Assembly: GCA_020354945.1 (NCBI GenBank)
Contig: CP070655.1
Location: forward strand, 31,097 to 42,933
Length of the DNA: 11,837 nucleotides
Direction of reading: 5' to 3'
Source of the DNA: Candidatus Omnitrophota bacterium
GTDB lineage: Bacteria; Omnitrophota; Gorgyraeia; JABMRG01; JAFGKX01
Every line of letters begins with the position of its first letter. The first letter of the stretch is position 1. Both the position numbers and the translations under genes were made by a program. The notes beneath the pieces were generated by a model. It ran no database searches. It was not told the DNA's origin and worked only from the letters and a program-made list of their open reading frames with translations. Shown one piece after another: positions 9,301 through 11,837 of the stretch.

Positions 9301-11837
9301 AGGTTTCATCAGCAGGCAGATTGCATAAATGAATTATATGGATATGAAGGAAAAATAAATCGTGCAGATTCTCTTAAGACACTCAATGATGTTATTGAAA
9401 ATCTGTCAGCATTTATTAAGGAAGATGCACGATATTTTATATCTAATGAAGAAAGAGAGATATTTGAAAGAAAGCTTGAGTCACTTGAAGATGCTGTTGA
9501 GGAAAAGGCACGATCCATCATCAAAGAGCACGCCATTATAAACGATGATTTTATAAAAGAGTTTACCAGGTTCTTTAAAAATATGCAGTACAGTGAGCTC
9601 AATCCGGACCAGCAAAAGCAGGAGGCCAAAGACTGGAAGGATATTATAGAAGATGAAAAACTTATAAGCAGAACAGAAGATTCAGGCATAACAGCTGATG
9701 AGATAGCTCGCAAACAACAGATACTTGGCAGTATTATTACAGACGTATTTAAGGATGTCCATAAGCAGCGAGAATTTAACGAATTATACAGCCATCGTGA
9801 CCGTGAGCATCCCGAAGAAAATGGCGTTATTCAAAGACTGGATAATGCAGAGACCCTTAAAGAAGTCACTGATATTTTAGTCGAACTTAATGACCTAGAG
9901 AAAAAGTACAGCCAGCATTTTAGACGGAGAATAATAAACTTTAGAGATAAGATTCAAAAAGCAAGAGTAAGAGCTCATAAAAAGTACTTATCCATTATAA
10001 GAGAATTAGTAGATGATAAGAAATTTACAATCGATAGCAATTTTGCAGAGCAGATTGCCTCATATCTTAAGGTAATATCCTATGATAGATTTTCTCTTGA
10101 AGAACAATCGCGTGCATATAAAAATTGGCAAGGTTTATTAGATGATATCGTAGAAAAAGATACTCGTCTAAATTCTTCAAGAAAAGACATCCTTCCAAAA
10201 GGCAGACCGACCCATCTTCATATTGCCAGAATAGCAAGTATTTCTAAAGAAACTCATCCATCCTTTTCTGCAACCGTAGAAGGCCTCAACCGAGCATTTG
10301 TAGATTTTCTGCCAACTTACATAATAAGGCAAGGGTTAAAATTAGATGAGACCACAAATTTCCTCCTTGTAGATTTTATCAGTTCAGTCGGTTTATCAAC
10401 ACTGCCTTCCAACGTGCGTGTAGGCATTCAACATGCCCTTATTTCAGAAGTAGTCCAGATGGCAGAAAGGACAAAGCCCTTGCGAGGATTCTTAAGGGAA
10501 ACAAAAGAAAAATTACAAGAGACACCTGGTTTTATAGGCCGCCTGCCTACAGATAGAGAATTGCTGGATGGCCTTATATTAAGAGCGGAGAAAAACGAAG
10601 ATTTAAAAGGCTCAGATGCGCTTAAGAATCTGAAAGCATTTCTGCAAAACTTAGATTCAATTTTTAAAGAAGCAAAAGATAAAGCAGCAGCAGAAGGAGT
10701 TACCGGAGAAAGACCAGCAGAATCTTTGGCATTGGCTAAGGCTGAGCTAGAATTTGTCCTTAATCAATTTGACAGAACACTTACATCTATTGAGCAGGCC
10801 ATAGAGGATATCACTCCAGATGTAGATATTTCCAATATAATCGATGGCACTTTAGCCGAGGATATTTTGACGCAGATGATAATCACAGAGCGTAGTTTGC
10901 AGATGTCATTGCCAAGATTGCTTATCAGAGCAGGAAGAGAAGATGAGAATTATTTTGCCACAATTGCTAAGTATAGAGAGAAACTAAAAGAAATAAGGGC
11001 CAGCTTAAAGGACTATCTCACAAAAGCTGTTTTAGAAAATACAGAAGCTGACTTAGGCCAGAAGATTAATGCCTTTGGTTATTTGACAATTGACTTATCT
11101 CAAGCAGGTGTTCATTTAAACACAGAAGAAATTATTGATCTAAGAAATAAAATTATGGCGCAGGTTAAATCTGCCAGAGATGCAAATATTATTACTCAGG
11201 AAGAAGCAAAAAGAATGCTGGATGATGAGTTAGACAGACTAAGGTTCAACGACGCCATTGCAAATAGGAAGCAATATATAAAGCAAAGGATAGATTCATT
11301 AATAAGTGAGATAACTGCTCAAACCCCTGAACACGGCGTTGATGAGATAGAATTATTATTAGAAGATTTGTATACTGAAGCAAAAGAACAGCGCTATATG
11401 ACAGACGATGAGATAAATGCTAAAAGAGGCGAGGTTGAGACTGCTAAAAATAATGCAAAAACAGAAAGAGAAAAAAGTATAGGCGAATTCAATAGAATTT
11501 TTGCTGCTCAGATAGAACAGTTAAATCCTATAAGCAATTTTGAGCAATTAGCTCAGGCCTGGTTAATTATCTGCAATTTAACTTTAGACAACATAACTTT
11601 ATTTGATGAGGCAGGGAGAGAAAGGATTGTACAAACGGCAAGAGAGGCATTCGAAAAGTATGATTATGCTATAAGAGAAAGAGAAAATGGCCAGAGACAA
11701 TTTAATGCCGGGTTGCTACAGATAAGGCAAGACCTTCCACTTATAGAATCCGATAAACGCTTTTTAGAAAATATAAAAGAAATATCAGAAAGAGTCAAGG
11801 CACTCCAGGATTATGCCCGGTATTTTGAAAACTCACC
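334..11837 (+). CDS. Giant multidomain membrane protein (3,834 open codons in window, 3'-truncated) with deamidase-like, SecA-like, multi-TM and helical-repeat regions
   Basis: Translated line by line, frame +1 has no TAA/TAG/TGA from 334 to 11835. Recognisable protein motifs (SecA series, TM helices) lie in this frame. The start is unresolved: first in-frame TTG is at 697 and first ATG at 985. Confidence 0.95.
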   Translation, partial: MSLEGVRATESFSIDDEKNKPTPTEKPFPTKVVEGKREVYIRQGDLLLIEGEDESLSLSICAKEVATCTAVAITGKTKEGRPVLGLAHIKQDIFKIDKRHSQRVIENILEILRGDGVKDIKLVILYDPHASEILTEPDFIRAGAKEAFIYPRLGSDSETIADWGIADVTTNLKETEISSTIHAKKNLPPDITKISWGVLETAHCLRAAVSHYISNAFMRIYGPMQQAETKGNNLQPYKEKITEALKRLKMLFGNIQNYSLGESPDKEVLVEKYLDVGNIIRLDPASELPLLSPIEENVWIQARDHLINTEKMQRLHSHIEGIEAALDRNDFEAYKLNIIGFNNILVDVGRYFSRIEPPSPTGSQLGTGVKSSSAGEILKGILEQVGADEEFKQEVMERGSTSEWIAELLQNEKRRELILERIAAIWNLRKEGMKFPIRLWMFRFNADTLSRRIRILAGRVPVTLGNFRDLHSIDKEENRKSEGNIDLSKVSPDIAKSKDTPLFNALFPGEGLNELTRRLKETERELATVREELEQIRREKARQQEELARANAIIKELREKLQEASQKARVESDRKPPPEVVEPAEAKPDYKEQFGQLVELFRKKESDGKIDARAAKLLANVIRNTDIPKFDWYPHQREGARGLFDEKFIWIGCSGGKTLTDALAKIKQLAKAEAERLNIRSMTLAPSDDVVEQNAKGTAKYLSQLGINVIILKQNPKGGYPLAFIYDENYRAKSAEEMDKWRPIRFEEACKIERAVFHARPDIVVFQWAIEQLMSTVEERIFTGSRKGRPNFDESDLTLEHELANGFKLQVPVDEKDPRYKKLKEQNTQRWQISNEIAKGLLERKDASSLFKVDGKSAILTKEGQKEVIKLLDDAELSGIEPIEWQMNVEKSLTAHLCYNKGERKGSDYDTIDEKIVLRDEATARLLHGKRLEQGMHCALEAKEGVEINLDGEALISVSILDFLYSDFVNGHFSGMTGTPNSKFNKDIYNKETLEIERERREWLSAKKDYEELKQELPRISVNEATKWQEVVSYIAEELPRDEETGRIAPAYIYVEDSKIDEFEERLETELKGMKDSGEITKIQSIRSRSDLTEEQNTAENEKAKQEGGKLGVITLVTKTGGRGIDLRITESEEGDIVRELGGITAISTCIDELYVFEEQFKRRVARDRDPGRFVAFWSLDDKLLNDYIRDYLPEHEADMRRLAKRMSDLKLRLETRERLKKEATSIIAKLRDKIAERRILSAQQQMEFSKMTSEHLKQFLEEREKHLGDEKGLGLLDAAWRSYQTRADRIKDFLMRQQRYYREYEQINQMSLITEYKDLANRIFDDEFDKLIKEKKKAKIEIGKEKEQPEAGKKPEGLTNLIVWAANLLPIAAIVFGSVWAVRWLFGLFGLKSIGALFTGAAVAESPLAGLLTAGIFASMSPLTLSILVFAGVAFVAGWFVLGKIQKRLAQEQAQEELRQELRRVSGLKWTQWARWKAILRSPVTNLLSVGAYLPVLAAVTIFSLLTLVTVSAPAAALSITAIAAVSGAGFLSRVLIIAINWKFIKGRSGHITAKQRVFRTAVAGALVTLTAFLIPAILLEAVGMSAVAASIGIVLLLWYISIRLSSAIERNVYSPQKIFDDGSVSKLPTTTRSSLYRVVAGFALGSIGILLLSFIPAPVVISLIPILGAIVTSVFIAQGIYFVIAEGKQRLLLRQPRSAAIGEKGLEAMTTKASIENLVINMRTVFFAVVSLTGMLVAAASIFTGLIPVAISTLMAGVTIGTVAILVLLGAHNAIERASYRLALFKKPSRRLQAHLEKVSKEKPEINKDNNILEAVRKYKAERADVNNRGLYSLALAQMEDSNNPILQQLKHQIEENSPPEKDGYRYSRAHAYQVARAAVDTNNLTKSLPEPLKKELTDTLLSVMSDMNLISTNMYLLSRVLSDPKKILKGMQYTTGAAIALPFTAAAPTINYYTTTLYMVNKESLQQEATVSSPADYAKALGATIASVFKSEEAKPTTSEEKPRAPTKQKKAPLREVPEETRELLRGIGETAEVLHEGIPTYQESMRDPSEPPASAFEPTGLATYLKSSAIAIDEAIVTPEEAQRLEELRKLREEKQAVDEQIRRLPWNKEDLIAAIEELAISSIEYPEYREQLKAQIKELMMPFLERPTQNDISNFERQIDEFTRSLLLERPDIEEWLREKLEPRIKELTASLPELPNDLEQVRNLGRLQNRSERLQIEIEPANGRLVVPSAAKDIVPGITTPIHNNIENLKEEIGQLQRQKEIDPKTEERIQHLQAILRIINKLLAPEATITLSSIEEAAGEEGFFDDEKDKAVDEILSYITAVEPQIIRIIYDLIKEVDEGYAESFILERVLNPKALDNAFKKILCLFDLREKYDEETLRSSRAYNIYQTVQQIITDYLMQRPKAEIPELDKSREEQARREFERLREKVNTEMAGRNSFCIYNPEAYLEITDSEETNIKAGLFTEFEFGSDQIDPELIRDYRDAFSEYYSIIIEGRVSMLVPYLYYARMEENAKEQIQGLKTIADGLTTEDPEQQFVKIRIQLLINYLQRYTDIKRQYLTRLEEQGIVPKDIQQHLKSLENALFGKSAPPQDIIAIFEPEIDALPISGILNPDEKSFLEGLRGSFGLGFDLTDSQDPVSQIRSFLRFSYPIYDSTDRINRQLQDIYLAEAGERFAEEVTRRESEISEWENQTRKARGELDIVDEGIATNLEMLETTAVSESFDISEALSTLNNLEQQCRSIPGFYQGYEFNEETYQGLLSSVIQTTLLRFQVRNLLDNQKEWTEATQPLTREEKKEIKVKQAEFNKKFEDLRNNIAETRNLSQLSGHIDQVRRLAREYRRYYIGKSRIEFDNKIDDIIYGSDNNDINGRALYLLEKRLPLTKDIAEQLSVFLQNMRYYALEKSAQQEIFRDWQNSLVKAFDRLGIEPARVSGDYGLEGGTRRDRRNLNSMTQKLLMIQSIVERAPPKAPAVGDVVTYISSTFSRFHQQADCINELYGYEGKINRADSLKTLNDVIENLSAFIKEDARYFISNEEREIFERKLESLEDAVEEKARSIIKEHAIINDDFIKEFTRFFKNMQYSELNPDQQKQEAKDWKDIIEDEKLISRTEDSGITADEIARKQQILGSIITDVFKDVHKQREFNELYSHRDREHPEENGVIQRLDNAETLKEVTDILVELNDLEKKYSQHFRRRIINFRDKIQKARVRAHKKYLSIIRELVDDKKFTIDSNFAEQIASYLKVISYDRFSLEEQSRAYKNWQGLLDDIVEKDTRLNSSRKDILPKGRPTHLHIARIASISKETHPSFSATVEGLNRAFVDFLPTYIIRQGLKLDETTNFLLVDFISSVGLSTLPSNVRVGIQHALISEVVQMAERTKPLRGFLRETKEKLQETPGFIGRLPTDRELLDGLILRAEKNEDLKGSDALKNLKAFLQNLDSIFKEAKDKAAAEGVTGERPAESLALAKAELEFVLNQFDRTLTSIEQAIEDITPDVDISNIIDGTLAEDILTQMIITERSLQMSLPRLLIRAGREDENYFATIAKYREKLKEIRASLKDYLTKAVLENTEADLGQKINAFGYLTIDLSQAGVHLNTEEIIDLRNKIMAQVKSARDANIITQEEAKRMLDDELDRLRFNDAIANRKQYIKQRIDSLISEITAQTPEHGVDEIELLLEDLYTEAKEQRYMTDDEINAKRGEVETAKNNAKTEREKSIGEFNRIFAAQIEQLNPISNFEQLAQAWLIICNLTLDNITLFDEAGRERIVQTAREAFEKYDYAIRERENGQRQFNAGLLQIRQDLPLIESDKRFLENIKEISERVKALQDYARYFENS
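430..930 (+). other. CheD/CNF1/YfiH-like cysteine hydrolase (deamidase-type) domain within the giant ORF
   Basis: EVYIRQGDLLLI...ICAKEVATCTAVAITGKTKEGRPVLGLAHI resembles the CheD pattern (V..Ge....T.GLGSCVaV.l......gGlAHi). Candidate Cys at 535-537 and His at 595-597. Confidence 0.6.
946..1110 (+). other. HisKA/DHp-like two-helix segment with no following HATPase domain
   Basis: LRAAVSHYISNAFMRIYGPMQQ...YKEKITEALKRLKMLFGNIQNYS resembles the H-box consensus (vsHelrNPL..I.G...RL..l..ll.fs). His is at 964-966. No N/G1/F/G2 boxes were seen downstream. Confidence 0.35.
1867..2040 (+). other. Coiled-coil segment preceding the SecA-like domain
   Basis: LNELTRRLKETERELATVREELEQIRREKARQQEELARANAIIKELREKLQEASQKAR shows heptad hydrophobics, is E/R/K/Q-rich and lacks Pro/Gly. 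A Pro-rich linker follows. Confidence 0.75.
2101..4335 (+). other. Divergent SecA-like ATPase domain (NBD1, PPXD, NBD2, scaffold, two-helix finger) embedded in the giant ORF
   Basis: SecA motifs occur in canonical order: WYPHQ 2227; GCSGGKTLT (GKT 2299-2307); DESD 2710-2721; LTKEG; SLTAH...DY; DEATARLLHGKRLEQGMHCALEAKEGV (cf. DEFTGR...RRWSDGLHQAVEAKEGV); SGMTGT 3253-3270; TKTGGRGIDL 3685-3714; ELGG; QFKRRVARDRDPG 3811-3849; SLDD 3868; LLDAAW; REYEQ...LITEYK. Confidence 0.92.
4417..5652 (+). other. Polytopic membrane domain, about 10-11 predicted TM helices
   Basis: Long hydrophobic stretches at ~4417-4509, 4513-4665, 4795-4962, 5008-5145, 5251-5391 and 5512-5652, mostly helix pairs. They are separated by basic loops (KIQKR, KFIKGR..KQR, KQRLLLRQPR, RLALFKKPSRR). 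Helix count was made by eye. Confidence 0.9.
7516..8562 (+). other. Possible TolC/outer-membrane efflux protein (OEP)-like region, two half-repeats
   Basis: Two short amphipathic beta-hairpin-like segments, each followed by long helices: YNPEAYLEITDSEETNIKAGLFTEFEF, and SFGLGFDLTDSQDPVSQIRSFLRFSYPIYD (cf. OEP 'l.ls.Pifd'). TVQQIITDYLMQRP precedes the first (cf. 'l.e.l..Al..rP'). Pattern-level resemblance only. Confidence 0.35.
8749..10140 (+). repeat. Three degenerate protein-level tandem repeats (period ~164-183 aa), alpha-helical
   Basis: Ungapped core alignment: LTKDIAEQLSVFLQNMRYYALEKSAQQEIFRDWQNSL / INDDFIKEFTRFFKNMQYSELNPDQQKQEAKDWKDII / IDSNFAEQIASYLKVISYDRFSLEEQSRAYKNWQGLL. The conserved Trp codons are at 9085, 9634 and 10126. 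Units begin KQAEFN (8749), QQADCIN (9310) and KQREFN (9763). Confidence 0.75.

Noticed and set aside
1001-9713. Minus-strand ORFs in the supplied track (60-176 aa)
   Set aside because: All lie antisense to the giant ORF. Most have the Ser/Phe/Leu-rich composition expected from reverse-complemented Glu/Lys/Arg codons, and none shows a recognisable motif.
1-11837. Alternative genetic code (TGA or TAG reassigned genome-wide)
   Set aside because: There are zero in-frame TGA and only one TAG in 3,945 codons. Trp is encoded by TGG and Gln by CAA/CAG throughout.

Overview
The window is one continuous + strand coding frame (frame +1). Hand translation gives 3,945 codons with a single in-frame stop, a TAG at 331-333. 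Downstream of it the frame stays open for 3,834 codons and runs off the right edge, which is probably why the ORF track missed it. The short ORFs listed are almost all antisense shadows. The encoded giant-protein fragment has, in order: a CheD/CNF1-like Cys-His deamidase-type domain, an orphan HisKA-like helical hairpin, a coiled coil, a divergent but nearly complete SecA-like ATPase, a bundle of about 10-11 transmembrane helices, and a roughly 2,000-aa helical region. That region holds a possible TolC/OEP-like segment, three degenerate ~170-180 aa repeats and a RAPP motif. This suggests (inference) a giant multidomain membrane protein carrying its own export machinery, of the type known from Omnitrophota-like giant genes. 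I saw no RNA genes, CRISPR arrays or mobile elements.
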